Positions 10,544 to 20,096 of a stretch of DNA of 64,000 bases are shown piece after piece (the first letter of the stretch is position 1; every line of letters begins with the position of its first letter). Below the pieces are notes generated by a model. That model was not told the origin of the DNA. It saw only the letters and a program-made list of their open reading frames with translations, and searched no databases. The position numbers were made by a program, and so were the translations under genes. The stretch covers positions 3,724,531 to 3,788,530 of the forward strand of contig OZ257259.1 of NCBI GenBank assembly GCA_965279695.1, given 5' to 3'. Origin of the DNA: Opitutaceae bacterium. Lineage in GTDB: Bacteria; Verrucomicrobiota; Verrucomicrobiia; Opitutales; Opitutaceae.

Positions 10544-11284
10544 ATGCCGAAACGCCGCCGAGTGTTTGAACCCAAAATCGACCGCACCCCGCCCAACTTA
10601 CAGAAACTGGTGAGATTGATTTTTTCCGAGGCGTTTTTGCCGGGCGACCGGCTCGTGGAGCGCGACCTCGCCGAAAAATTAGAGCTGAGCCGCATCCCGG
10701 TGCGCGAGGACCTGCAAAAACTCGTTTCGAAAGGCATTCTGCTGAAGGACCAAGTGAACCGCGGGCTGCGGCTGCGCGACTACGGTCCGGCGGAGGTCGC
10801 CCATCTCCACGAATACCGCGAGGCCATCGAACTCGCGGCGGCGCGGGTCGCTTGTCACAACCGCACGGCCACGGACCTCGTGCAGCTCGATTTGATCTGC
10901 GACGAGATGGAGCGCGAGGCGCCGAACGCACCATCACCGCGTTGGCTGGAGCTCGACTGGCAGTTTCACCAGACGATGGTCGAGGCGAGCGGGAACGAGA
11001 GGTTCATCAATGATTTCGATCTGCTCATGATCGAGTGCAACTACGTGTTCTATCGCCTGCCCGAGACGCGCATCGCGGCGACGAGCCGCGACAACCCGCT
11101 GCTCGCGACGCTGGTGCACGGCATCGTCGATGCGCACCGGCAAATCGTGAAGCTCCTCGAGAAGCGCGACACCAACGGAATCGTCGAGGCGATGCGCCTC
11201 CACCTCGCGGGGCTCAGCAACCGCGTGCACCGCGATCTGGTGAAGGATCAGTTGGCGAAGGCTCCGCCGGTGGCAAGCGCGTGA
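10544..11284 (+). CDS. GntR family transcriptional regulator (FadR-like, HTH + FCD-type C-terminal domain)
   Basis: The HTH signature is LVERDLAEKLELSRIPVREDLQKLVSKGIL. The gene is divergent from the receptor/sialidase operon. An alternative TTG start at 10466 is possible but would overlap a palindromic putative operator. Confidence 0.75.
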   Translation: MPKRRRVFEPKIDRTPPNLQKLVRLIFSEAFLPGDRLVERDLAEKLELSRIPVREDLQKLVSKGILLKDQVNRGLRLRDYGPAEVAHLHEYREAIELAAARVACHNRTATDLVQLDLICDEMEREAPNAPSPRWLELDWQFHQTMVEASGNERFINDFDLLMIECNYVFYRLPETRIAATSRDNPLLATLVHGIVDAHRQIVKLLEKRDTNGIVEAMRLHLAGLSNRVHRDLVKDQLAKAPPVASA

Positions 11285-11368
11285 GCGCCGGCGGTAGCGG
11301 CGGGCGTCCCTGCCCGCCGATGGTGCGCGCGGGCCCCCGCCTGAAACGGCGGGCAGAGACGCCCGCCG

Positions 11369-12262
11369 CTACGACCAGAGGCGCGCGGGATAGCGGCCGG
11401 CTTGGACGAGTGCGAGGAGCGCGGCTTGCACGCGGGGTTTGTCTTCCCGGTAGGTGACGCCGAACCAGGCGCTGTCGGTGGGGAGCACGCGCACAGTGGT
11501 CTCGCCGCGAGCGATCATCGTCGAGACAGAGGCAGGGAGGTAGAATTCCGACTTCGGCTCCGCGCCGCGCGCCGCGAAGAACTCGCGAAACTGCGTGTCG
11601 AGTCCGGCAAAGAGCGCGGGCGTGAAGCCCCAGCAGTTCATCGAGACGATGGTGTCGCCGGCAAATTTTTTCCCGGGGCCGACTTCGGCGGCGGTGATGC
11701 CGTGGGTCTCGACGATGCTCGCGAGGTGGCCGGTCGCATCGGTGGCGCACACGCCGCGCGAAACGGAGCCGTTTTCGGAGAGCGTGTTGGCCATACGGAA
11801 GCCGACGATCGCGAACTCATCCGCCGCTGAGGACTTCGCCGGCGCCGCGGTCAAAAACGCTGCGAGCCGGTTGAAGGAATCGGCTCCGTAAAAATCGTCG
11901 GCGTTGATGACGGCGAAGTTTTCTTTCACCGCGTCGCGTGCGCACCAGACAGCGTGGCCGGTGCCCCAGGGTTTCTCGCGGCCGGCGGGTGGCGTGTGGC
12001 CGAGCGGGAGCGCGTCGAGGGATTGAAACACGTAGTCGATGGCGATCTTGCCCGTGTAGCGCGCGCCGATCTGCGTGCGGAAGAGTTCCTCGAAATCGCG
12101 GCGGATCACGAAGACCACGCGGCCGAAACCGGCGCGCAGCGCATCGAAGACCGCGTAGTCGAGCACCGTCTCGCCGGAGGGACCGACAGGGTCGATTTGT
12201 TTCAGGCCGCCGTAGCGGGAGCCCATGCCGGCGGCGAGAACGAGGAGCGTAGGACGTGACAT
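11369..12262 (-). CDS. Sugar-phosphate nucleotidyltransferase (NTP_transferase family)
   Basis: The N-terminal motif LLVLAAGMGSRYGGLKQ is the G-x-G-S/T-R signature of NTP transferases. The start is moved to MSRPTLLVLAAG (ATG 12262). Confidence 0.65.
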   Translation of the reverse strand: MSRPTLLVLAAGMGSRYGGLKQIDPVGPSGETVLDYAVFDALRAGFGRVVFVIRRDFEELFRTQIGARYTGKIAIDYVFQSLDALPLGHTPPAGREKPWGTGHAVWCARDAVKENFAVINADDFYGADSFNRLAAFLTAAPAKSSAADEFAIVGFRMANTLSENGSVSRGVCATDATGHLASIVETHGITAAEVGPGKKFAGDTIVSMNCWGFTPALFAGLDTQFREFFAARGAEPKSEFYLPASVSTMIARGETTVRVLPTDSAWFGVTYREDKPRVQAALLALVQAGRYPARLWS

Positions 12263-12293
12263 GCGGGCGAGGAGAAGCGAACGGGCGGGGCGG

Positions 12294-13978
12294 TCACGCC
12301 CAAAGTTTTTTCTGCAAATCGGCGAACCGGCCGACGACCGGGCTCTGCAACGGGTGTTTCCAGCCGCTGACGCGTTGGCGGGCACCGACCCAGACTTCGC
12401 GGATCGCGCGCGGATTGGAGCCGAAGACGACGGCACCGAGCAGGCCTTCCGGCGAGGCGCCGACGATGGACGGATCGTAGATGTTTACGGTGAAGAAATC
12501 CGCGGGCCGGCCGACCTCGAGCGTGCCACCCGGTGCGCCGAGACTGCGGGCGCCCGTGACGGTCGCTGCGTGGAAAAACGCGGTCGCGAGATCCGCGGGA
12601 AACGCGCCGGGGCGTTTGCGATCGGAGCGGAGCTGAAACTCCAAAAGGCGCGCGTCGTCGAGCACGTTGGTCTGGTGCTGGCCGTCGGTGCCGAGGGCGA
12701 GTGCCACGCCCGCCGCGAGCAACTTGGCCGTCGGCAACACGCCTTCGCCCGCGGACATTTCCGAGGCGGGGCACGCGCAGACTGTCACGCGCGCGGTGCC
12801 GAGCACGCGAATATCGTCGTCGCTCAGGTGCGCGCCGTGCACGGCGGTGAAGCGTTTGTCGAGGAGGCCGTGTTCGGCGAGGAGCGCGGCGGGCGAGCGG
12901 CCGTATTCGGCAACGCAGGACGCGTGCTCGGCGGCGGTTTCCCCGAGCTGGAGATGCACGCGGCAACGTTTCGCGTGCGCGTAGGCCGAGATGGCTTTGA
13001 GCGCGTCGATCGGCACGGCGCCAAGGCTGTGCGGCGCGACGCCGACCCACACGTCGTCACCGGGGTAGTTTTTTTCGACGTGGGCAAAGAGCAGATCGGT
13101 CGAGCGCGTGAAGGCTTCGACGCTAGCCGAGAGGTAACGCGGCGACGCCGAACCCACGGGCGAACCAAAACCGGCACGCAGGGTGGCGCCGTTGAGCAAC
13201 GCGATGCGGATGCCGACATCGTGTGCCGCGCGCAGGACGGCGTGCGCCATCGCGCCGGCTTCGGGCAGCGGCGTGCCATCGGCCGCGTGGTGAAGGTAGT
13301 GGCATTCGCCGACCGTCGTGATGCCGGCGAGGAGCATCTCCATGAACGCCTCGCGCGCGGCGTCGTAGACATCCTCGTCGGAGAGACGCGCCAGCACTTT
13401 GTCATGGAGCTCGCGGGCGTTGCCGAGCGCGTCGCGGTCGGCGTGGGCTTTCAGTTCGAGGCGGCCGCGGAAGATGCGGTGCCAAGCGTGCGAGTGAGAA
13501 TTCACGAGGCCCGGGAGCGCGGCCTGGCCGGGGAGGCGTTTCGCCATTTCGAGATCGGCGGGTTCGCGGGAGAATCGCGTGATGCGTCCCGCGGCATCCA
13601 CGAAAAACGCGAGGCCGCTCTCGAACTTGTCGCCGGTGTAAACGCAGTCGGGCAGCCAGCCGAGTTCGCGCGGCGGCGCGGGCGGAGCCGGCGGTTTCGG
13701 GGGCGGCGGAGGTTGGGGCGCGGGCGCTGGACCGGCAGGGCGCGGCTGGCCGGGATTCTGGCCGGGGCCGCGGCTGGAATCGCGACCGGAATCACGGCGG
13801 GGATCGCGGCGCGGGTCTCGCCGCGGGTCGGAGTTTTGCTGCTGTGGGCCGCCGGGGCCGCGATTCGGGCCGGGACCGCGCGACGGACCGGGACCGCGTT
13901 GCGGGCCAGGCTGACGCGAGGGGCCGGGTTGACGTTGGGGGTTGGACGCGGCGGGGCCGCGACCATCGCGGGAGTTCA
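12294..13978 (-). CDS. Metal-dependent amidohydrolase (deaminase/HutF-like family) with ~110-aa disordered PG/RG/PRRD-repeat N-terminal extension
   Basis: The catalytic HxH motif is VNSHSHAWH, and the amidohydrolase core is ...GTDGQHQTNV.... There is no alternative start codon between MNSRDG (13978) and the catalytic core. The N-terminus is composed only of P, G, R, Q, S, D and N, including DPRRDPRRDPRRDSGRDSS. Confidence 0.65.
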
Positions 13979-14040
13979 TCGGGTTTTGCAAGAGGACCAG
14001 CACACGCGAGGACGCGGCGCGGTCAATGCCGCGGGTGAGT

Positions 14041-15039
14041 TCATGCGGCGGCCGCGAGGCGGCGAACGGGGCACGGCTCGGCGGCCGTGGCGACGATGTG
14101 TTCGTGGAGGCGGGCGTCGATATTGCGTCCGCAGATCGGCACGACGGCGGTGCGCGCGGAGATCTTTCCGGCGAGCACGGCCGCGAGCGCGGTCGCTCCG
14201 GCGCCTTCCGCCGTGATACCGGCGCGGCGCGTGAGTGTGGCGATCGCGGCTTCGCTGACCGTGACCACGTCGTCGACGAAGGGTGCGGCGAGGGCGAACG
14301 TGTTTGCGCCGACGCGCGCGACCGCGAGGCCGTCGGCGAGCGTGGGCGCGAGGGCGGCGGGCGCGGGGCCGCCGTGGAGATAAGCGGCGACGAAACCGGC
14401 CGCGTGCGCGGGCTCGACGGCAATCACGCGCACGTCGGGGCGCAGGGATTTCACGGCGGTGATCGTGCCGGCGAGCAGACCGCCGCCGCCGACTGGGATG
14501 ACAAGGGTGTCGAGGTGCGGCGTTTGCTCGAGGATTTCGAGGGCGAGGGTGCCCTGGCCGGCGATGACGTTGAGATCGTCGAAGGGATGCACAAGCGTCG
14601 CGCCGGTCGCGGCGGAGATCTGCTGCGCGTGGGTGTGGGCTTGTTCGAAGTTTTCGCCGTGCACCACGACGGCGGCGCCGAGACCGCGACAACGGTTGAT
14701 CTTCACGGCCGGGGCGGTCGCGGGGACGACGACGGTGACGTGCACGCCGAGTTGCGCGCCGTGGTAGGCGAGGCCGAGCGCGTGGTTGCCAGCCGAAGCG
14801 GCTACGACGCCGTGGGCGCGTTGCTCAGCGGTGAGACAGAGGAGCGCGTGCCGCGCGCCGCGCTCTTTGAACGAGCCGGTGCGCTGGAGATCGTCGCGTT
14901 TCAACCAGAGCTCCATGCCGACAATCTCCGAGAGCGCCGGTGCGATGAGGCACGGCGTGAGTCGAAGCCCGGTCGCGAGGCGACGGCGGGCGGCTACTAC
15001 ATCAGCGAGGCTGAGGGCCGGGAGGGTGGTGGTGTTCAT
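14041..15039 (-). CDS. Threonine ammonia-lyase / threonine dehydratase (PLP-dependent, short form)
   Basis: It has the PLP-lysine motif TGSFKERGA, a glycine-rich loop GGGGL, and is 332 aa long. Confidence 0.8.
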   Translation of the reverse strand: MNTTTLPALSLADVVAARRRLATGLRLTPCLIAPALSEIVGMELWLKRDDLQRTGSFKERGARHALLCLTAEQRAHGVVAASAGNHALGLAYHGAQLGVHVTVVVPATAPAVKINRCRGLGAAVVVHGENFEQAHTHAQQISAATGATLVHPFDDLNVIAGQGTLALEILEQTPHLDTLVIPVGGGGLLAGTITAVKSLRPDVRVIAVEPAHAAGFVAAYLHGGPAPAALAPTLADGLAVARVGANTFALAAPFVDDVVTVSEAAIATLTRRAGITAEGAGATALAAVLAGKISARTAVVPICGRNIDARLHEHIVATAAEPCPVRRLAAAA

Positions 15040-15321
15040 GGGCGGAAATGAATTTGGAAAAACAAAAAGCCCTGAGCGGTGATGCTCAGGGCTTCGGGAA
15101 AGTGGTGGTTGTTAAACTCGTTTTATTCAGCCACGCGCCGCCGCCCTGATTCGGGAAGAATCATAATAAGGACGGCCATAATGACGCTGCGGAGATTCAT
15201 GTAACGGCGCAGACGAAAGCAGCGGCGGTGGGACTTGTCGAGGGGCGAGTCGCCCGATGACAGAGTCGCGCGGCGACTTTTCGGCGAGACACCGCGCAGG
15301 GTTGGTCGCAGCGTCGCGCCC

Positions 15322-16344
15322 ATGTCTTCCTTGCCACGCATTCGCATCCTCGCCACCGGCGGCACCATCGCGGGCGCGCAGACGGACGGCGCGCGCGGCT
15401 ACAAGGCGGCGGCGTTTTCCGTGGAGGCGCTCGTAGCCGCAGTGCCGCAGCTTGCGACGCTCGCGCGGATCGAAGTCGAGCAGGTCGCCGCCATCGGTTC
15501 GCAGGACATGAACGAAACGGTGTGGCTGAAACTCGCGGCGCGCACCGCGGCGGCGCTGGCCGAGCCGGAGATTGCGGGCGTCGTGATCACGCACGGCACC
15601 GACACGATGGAGGAGACGGCGTTTTTCCTGAATCTCGTCGTCCGCGCAGAAAAACCCGTGGTGCTCGTCGGCGCGATGCGACCGGCCACTGCCATCAGCG
15701 CAGACGGGCCGATGAATCTCTACAACGCGGTCGCGGTCGCGGCGCACCCGGCGGCGCGGGGTCGCGGTGTGCTCGTGGTGGCCAACGACGAGATCCACTT
15801 TGCACGCGAGATCGCGAAGACCAACACGACGCAGGTCGGCACCTTTGCCAGCGGCCACCGCGGGCTCGCGGGCTTGGTGAACGCCGGGCGCCTCCACCTC
15901 TACGCGCCGCCGGTGCGGCGGCACACGACGCAGAGTGAGTTTGCGCTGGGCGAATCCAAAAACACGGGCGGGACGCCCGTGCCACCCGGGACGCTGCCGC
16001 GCGTCGACATCGTCTATGCCCACGCCGGGATGGGGCGCGAACTGATCGACGCAGCGGTGAAGGCCGGCGCGCGCGGACTAGTGATCGCCGGCATGGGCGA
16101 TGGCAATCTCGGCACGGTCGCACTCACGGCGGCCGCCGAAGCGGCGCGCGCGGGCGTCGCGGTCGTGCGGAGTTCGCGCGCCGGCGGCGGCGTGGTGGAA
16201 CGTAACATCGAGGTCGACGACGATGCGCGCGGGTTTATCGCGGCCGACGAATTAAATCCGCAGAAGGCCCGCGTGCTACTCATGCTCGGGCTCACGCGCA
16301 CGCGCGATGCGCGGGCACTACAGGAACTGTTTTTCGCGTATTGA
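15322..16344 (+). CDS. L-asparaginase (type II-like fold)
   Basis: The N-terminal active-site motif is RIRILATGGTIAG. The start is moved to ATG 15322 (MSSLPRIRIL). No signal peptide is evident. Confidence 0.8.
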   Translation: MSSLPRIRILATGGTIAGAQTDGARGYKAAAFSVEALVAAVPQLATLARIEVEQVAAIGSQDMNETVWLKLAARTAAALAEPEIAGVVITHGTDTMEETAFFLNLVVRAEKPVVLVGAMRPATAISADGPMNLYNAVAVAAHPAARGRGVLVVANDEIHFAREIAKTNTTQVGTFASGHRGLAGLVNAGRLHLYAPPVRRHTTQSEFALGESKNTGGTPVPPGTLPRVDIVYAHAGMGRELIDAAVKAGARGLVIAGMGDGNLGTVALTAAAEAARAGVAVVRSSRAGGGVVERNIEVDDDARGFIAADELNPQKARVLLMLGLTRTRDARALQELFFAY

Positions 16345-16365
16345 GCGCGGCCCGATTTTTTTCAC

Positions 16366-17022
16366 ATGCACAGCGGCACGTTTCAGCTTCCGGTTTTCTT
16401 CGATCTCGGCGCGACCTTCGCCTTCGCCCTCACGGGCGCGCTCGCGGCGATCAAGCGCGGCTACGATATCGTGGGCGTGTTTTTCCTCGCGCTCGTATCG
16501 AGCATCGGTGGCGGACTCATCCGCGACGGCGTGTTTATCCAGGGCACGGGCGCGACGCCGCTGCTCACGGACGCGCGCTACATCGAGCTGATTTTGGCGG
16601 CGACCATTGCGGGTGCGTTGTTCGGCGGACACGTGAAAAAATTTCACCGCCTCATCGCGGTGATCGACGCGCTGGGGCTCGGCGCCTACGCGGCGTTCGG
16701 CACACAGAAGGCGCTGGTGGCCGGACTCGCGGTGCCGGCGGCCATCCTCGTGGGCGTGATCAACGCCGCGGGCGGCGGTCTCCTGCGCGACATCATCACG
16801 CGCCAGGAACCCCTCGTGTTCAAACCGGGCCAATTCTACGTGCTCACAGCGTTGGCGGGCGCCGTGGTGTTTGTGTTTCTCACCGTGCAACTCGATCTGG
16901 AGGCGACGCTCGCCGCGCTCATCACAATCGTGGCAACCTTTGTTTTCCGCGTGCTAACGATCGTCTTCAACTGGCGCACGACCCCGGTGGGCAATCCGGC
17001 CGACAGCGATGTGACGCCCTAG
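16366..17022 (+). CDS. TRIC-type cation channel / UPF0126 family membrane protein
   Basis: It has two UPF0126 repeats with conserved glycine-rich helices (LTGALAAIKRGYDIVGV..., GGGLIRD...). Confidence 0.75.
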   Translation: MHSGTFQLPVFFDLGATFAFALTGALAAIKRGYDIVGVFFLALVSSIGGGLIRDGVFIQGTGATPLLTDARYIELILAATIAGALFGGHVKKFHRLIAVIDALGLGAYAAFGTQKALVAGLAVPAAILVGVINAAGGGLLRDIITRQEPLVFKPGQFYVLTALAGAVVFVFLTVQLDLEATLAALITIVATFVFRVLTIVFNWRTTPVGNPADSDVTP

Positions 17023-17063
17023 CAGCGCCGACCGCGCGGCAGACCCGCCGCCCGCCGACGCGC

Positions 17064-17768
17064 TCAGTATTTCACGCTCAGCTCGGCGTTGTTGAGCGCG
17101 AGGGTGTAGCTGTATCGGGAAATATGTTTCACGCGGACGAAGACGGGGTTGCCGTTGACGCGAGCCTTGAGGACATCGCCTTCTTTGTAGGGCACCTGAT
17201 TGATGATGAGGTGACCGAGGCCGTTGATCTGAATGGTGCCGGCCACCTTCAGCGTGGTGGCGGCGGCCTGGAGCATCTGGTAATCGGTGCCGGACGTGAC
17301 GGGCTTCGCGGGCGCATTGCCTACGGGCGCGCCGGGCGGCCGGCCTTTGGCGGGCTCCGCCGGCGCAGCACCGGCGGGGCGAAACGGATTCTTCCGCGGA
17401 TCGGCCACCGGCGGAGTCTCGTTGCGATGCCCGAGGAGGGCGGTGACGCGGTCGCGGACCTGTTGAAACCGCGGCGTCAGCGTGGGCGTGGCCGGCGTCT
17501 TCGCGGTGAGGGTAGGCGTATTCTTATCCGTGGCCACCGAGGCGGGCGCGGGAGTCGGAGCAGTTGCGACGGGAGCTGGGCCGGCGGGCGCGGCGGGCCC
17601 GGGCGCGCTCGCGGCCCCCGGGCGCTCGGGAACGTAGACTTCTTCGGCTGCGGCTTCGGTCGGCGCAGGCGCGGCTCCCGGCGGTGCTCCGGCCGGCGGC
17701 TGCGCGCCGAGCCCGCCTGCGGGGGCGGTCAGCACGAGGAGCCAAACGAGAGAGCGCAACGGGTTCAT
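17064..17768 (-). CDS. Secreted AP-rich low-complexity protein with C-terminal beta domain; PilP-like by position
   Basis: It has a signal peptide (MNPLRSLVWLLVLTAPAGG), a long Ala/Pro-rich linker and a compact C-terminal domain. It lies last in the pilM-N-O-x operon and its start overlaps the upstream stop by 4 nt. Confidence 0.45.
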   Translation of the reverse strand: MNPLRSLVWLLVLTAPAGGLGAQPPAGAPPGAAPAPTEAAAEEVYVPERPGAASAPGPAAPAGPAPVATAPTPAPASVATDKNTPTLTAKTPATPTLTPRFQQVRDRVTALLGHRNETPPVADPRKNPFRPAGAAPAEPAKGRPPGAPVGNAPAKPVTSGTDYQMLQAAATTLKVAGTIQINGLGHLIINQVPYKEGDVLKARVNGNPVFVRVKHISRYSYTLALNNAELSVKY

Positions 17769-18316
17769 TTTTTGCCGAGGAGTTCGAGGCTCAGGTCGAG
17801 CGAGACGCCGCCCTCGGCTTCGCGGCGGCTGAAGCTGAAGGCCGTGATGTTGGCGAGACGCGGTCCGGTCTCGATCGCGAAGAGGAAGGCCGAGACTTGC
17901 TCGTAGGTGCCGACAACGCGCAGCGTGTAGGGCACGCGACGATAGAGCGAACTGGTATCGGATGCGGGCGAAGTGAGCGGGTGCAATTCGGGGAGACGCG
18001 CCTTCGACTGCTCCTCGAATTTGTAGAAGTAGAAGGCGTTTTCCGCGAGATTGGAGTCGATCACGAGGTTCTCCTCGATGCGGCGCGCGGCTTCTTTGAC
18101 GGAGGCGAGTTCCTGGCGCTGGGTGGAGCCGCCGACGAGCAGGGCGAGCATCGCTTCGCCTTCTTTCGCGCGCTCCACGCGCACGGCCTCGAGGTCCGTA
18201 TTCTGGCCGGAGAGATACCACGTCGTGCCGGCCAGCGCCATCGTGGCGAGCGTGCAGGCCGCGCAGAATGGGTAGCGGCGCAACAAATACAGCAACGGTT
18301 CGAGGCGCGTGCTCAT
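17765..18316 (-). CDS. pilO: Type IV pilus / T2SS assembly protein PilO-like
   Basis: It is a single-TM bitopic protein of 183 aa. It sits in the pilM-pilN-pilO gene order and has an ATGA overlap with pilN. Confidence 0.55.
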   Translation of the reverse strand: MSTRLEPLLYLLRRYPFCAACTLATMALAGTTWYLSGQNTDLEAVRVERAKEGEAMLALLVGGSTQRQELASVKEAARRIEENLVIDSNLAENAFYFYKFEEQSKARLPELHPLTSPASDTSSLYRRVPYTLRVVGTYEQVSAFLFAIETGPRLANITAFSFSRREAEGGVSLDLSLELLGKK

Positions 18317-18924
18317 GGCTTCGTGGTTTTCAACCTGAAGGTGAGCTCAAAGTTCAGCAATTCGCCGCCGGCAGCGGCGCCGCCGCGGTCGAGACTAGTG
18401 AGCGCGATTTCGCGAAAGAGCGGCCCGATCTTATCGTCGTTCTTGAGTTGCTTGGTGTAGTTGCCGAGGAGCATCGCGGCACGCTGGGAATTTTCGCGCA
18501 CGTAGCCGCGGACGATGATGCCGGCCTCGGTCCAGTCGATCGTATCGATGCCGATTTGCTCGGGGCGACTGCGGCCCAGGTCGGAGACAAACCCGGTGAC
18601 GTAGAGCTGCGGTTTCACGAGCGCGTGGGCCTGGTCGATCTTGGCGGATTCGACGGCGTATTCCTTCTGCATGTATTTGATGTCGGCGACCTCGGCACGG
18701 TTGTCGCCGATGCGTTTCTCCCAGTCGTCGATCTGGTGCCGCAAGGTCCAATTCAAATAGCCGATCCAGCCGGTAAACAGCAGCGTGCCGAGCGTGACGG
18801 CGGCAAACACGACGTTGATGAGGAAACGCGTGCCGACGACATTGTCTTCGGGCAGCTCGGACTCGATCCGCAGATCGACGTGCCAGTGCTCGCTCAGACC
18901 GAGGGGATCACGTTCGCGGCTCAT
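18313..18924 (-). CDS. pilN: Type IV pilus / T2SS assembly protein PilN-like
   Basis: It has a short cytoplasmic N-terminus, one TM segment (FLINVVFAAVTLGTLLFTGWIGYL) and a periplasmic domain. It overlaps pilM. Confidence 0.55.
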   Translation of the reverse strand: MSRERDPLGLSEHWHVDLRIESELPEDNVVGTRFLINVVFAAVTLGTLLFTGWIGYLNWTLRHQIDDWEKRIGDNRAEVADIKYMQKEYAVESAKIDQAHALVKPQLYVTGFVSDLGRSRPEQIGIDTIDWTEAGIIVRGYVRENSQRAAMLLGNYTKQLKNDDKIGPLFREIALTSLDRGGAAAGGELLNFELTFRLKTTKP

Positions 18925-19963
18925 TGGCGGTCGGAGCGAGCTGAGCGATGAGGCTCAGCGGTTGAAACCAGGCGCGGGCCGCGGCCGGCGCACCTTCCGG
19001 AAACGCGAGGCCGACGGACGGCAGCCACGTGGCAAAATCCGGCACGAGAAACTCTAGGTCGACGGCGGCGCAGAGCGCTTCTTCGAGCCAGCCGAGGCTG
19101 GACGGCAGGTGCGCACAGTAGAGTGCCCCGATGGGTTGGCCGGTCTGCATCTCGAAATAATCGATCGCGGGCCGGAGGTGGCGCGTGAGCATGCGCACGA
19201 GGCGACGGCTGTGCGTGCGCAGTTCGTCGGTGGGGGCGAACAGTGCATCGCGCGCCACGCCGATGCCGGGCGCAGCGAGCTCCTTCATCGCCGCTTCCAT
19301 GATCGAGAGCAGGCCGTGCGGGAGCGTGGCGGGCGTGTGCACGCCGTCTTTCGCGAGAAAATAAACGCGCGTCTGGCCGAGGCCGATTTCGCAGACGACC
19401 ACGGCGTGCGGATAGGCGGTGTCGCGCACGTAGCGCGTGAGGGCCCCGAGCAGGGGCACGCTACCGAGCTCAAGCCGGCGCGGGCGGATGTTGAATTTGC
19501 GGAGCCGCTGCTGGAGGTCGCGGACGTTGGCGATCGGCAGGCCGAGCAGAAGCCCGGGACGCGTGGGCGTCGCGGAAGTAAATTCACCGCCGTCGATGGG
19601 ATGCAGCGCGGCCACGTGCCAATCTTTGACCGGAGGAATCTTGGCCGATTCGGCGAGCAACGTCGGCAGGTAGGCGGGTTCGGCCAGACGGCGGCTGTTG
19701 ATGATCTCGCGTTGCAGCACACGCTCCACCGGGTGGAAGCCGCCATAGCCGGTCAGAAATCCGGGGCCGCGGTCCGGGAACGCCATCCGCACCCACTGCG
19801 CAATGGCTTCATCGTCAGTCGTCGCCGGCAATTCCGTCAGCATATCCACGACCAGGGGCTTTTGCTCCAACTGCGCCAAGCGGGCAAACTGAAGGCCGTG
19901 GTCGTTCTGGTTGAAGAGAACGCCACCGCGCTTGCCACGGGTTAGCATCGAGAGGGCCGCCAT
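18908..19963 (-). CDS. pilM: Type IV pilus assembly ATPase-fold protein PilM-like (actin-like)
   Basis: It is a 351-aa cytoplasmic protein heading the pilN/pilO genes. Its size and architecture are typical of PilM/FtsA-like proteins. Confidence 0.6.
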   Translation of the reverse strand: MAALSMLTRGKRGGVLFNQNDHGLQFARLAQLEQKPLVVDMLTELPATTDDEAIAQWVRMAFPDRGPGFLTGYGGFHPVERVLQREIINSRRLAEPAYLPTLLAESAKIPPVKDWHVAALHPIDGGEFTSATPTRPGLLLGLPIANVRDLQQRLRKFNIRPRRLELGSVPLLGALTRYVRDTAYPHAVVVCEIGLGQTRVYFLAKDGVHTPATLPHGLLSIMEAAMKELAAPGIGVARDALFAPTDELRTHSRRLVRMLTRHLRPAIDYFEMQTGQPIGALYCAHLPSSLGWLEEALCAAVDLEFLVPDFATWLPSVGLAFPEGAPAAARAWFQPLSLIAQLAPTANEPRT

Positions 19964-20096
19964 GAAGGGGAAAGTGGCGATGACTAGGGCGAAAACAGCC
20001 GCCCCATGTCAATCCGACCCACGCCGACCTCGCTGCGGGAAACACGGGCAGCGGGCCGGGCGCGCAGGGGACTGTGGAACTCGGCGGCGGGGGACT

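Noticed and set aside
13979-14423. Upstream 148 codons of track ORF 12294..14423
   Set aside because: This part is read through the threonine dehydratase gene in another frame. The true start is taken at MNSRDG (13978).
19984-20096. Possible extra gene between pilX-like and pilM (track ORFs 19815..20045, 19984..20409)
   Set aside because: These are short, overlap real genes out of frame, and have no motifs. I treat this as an intergenic gap.
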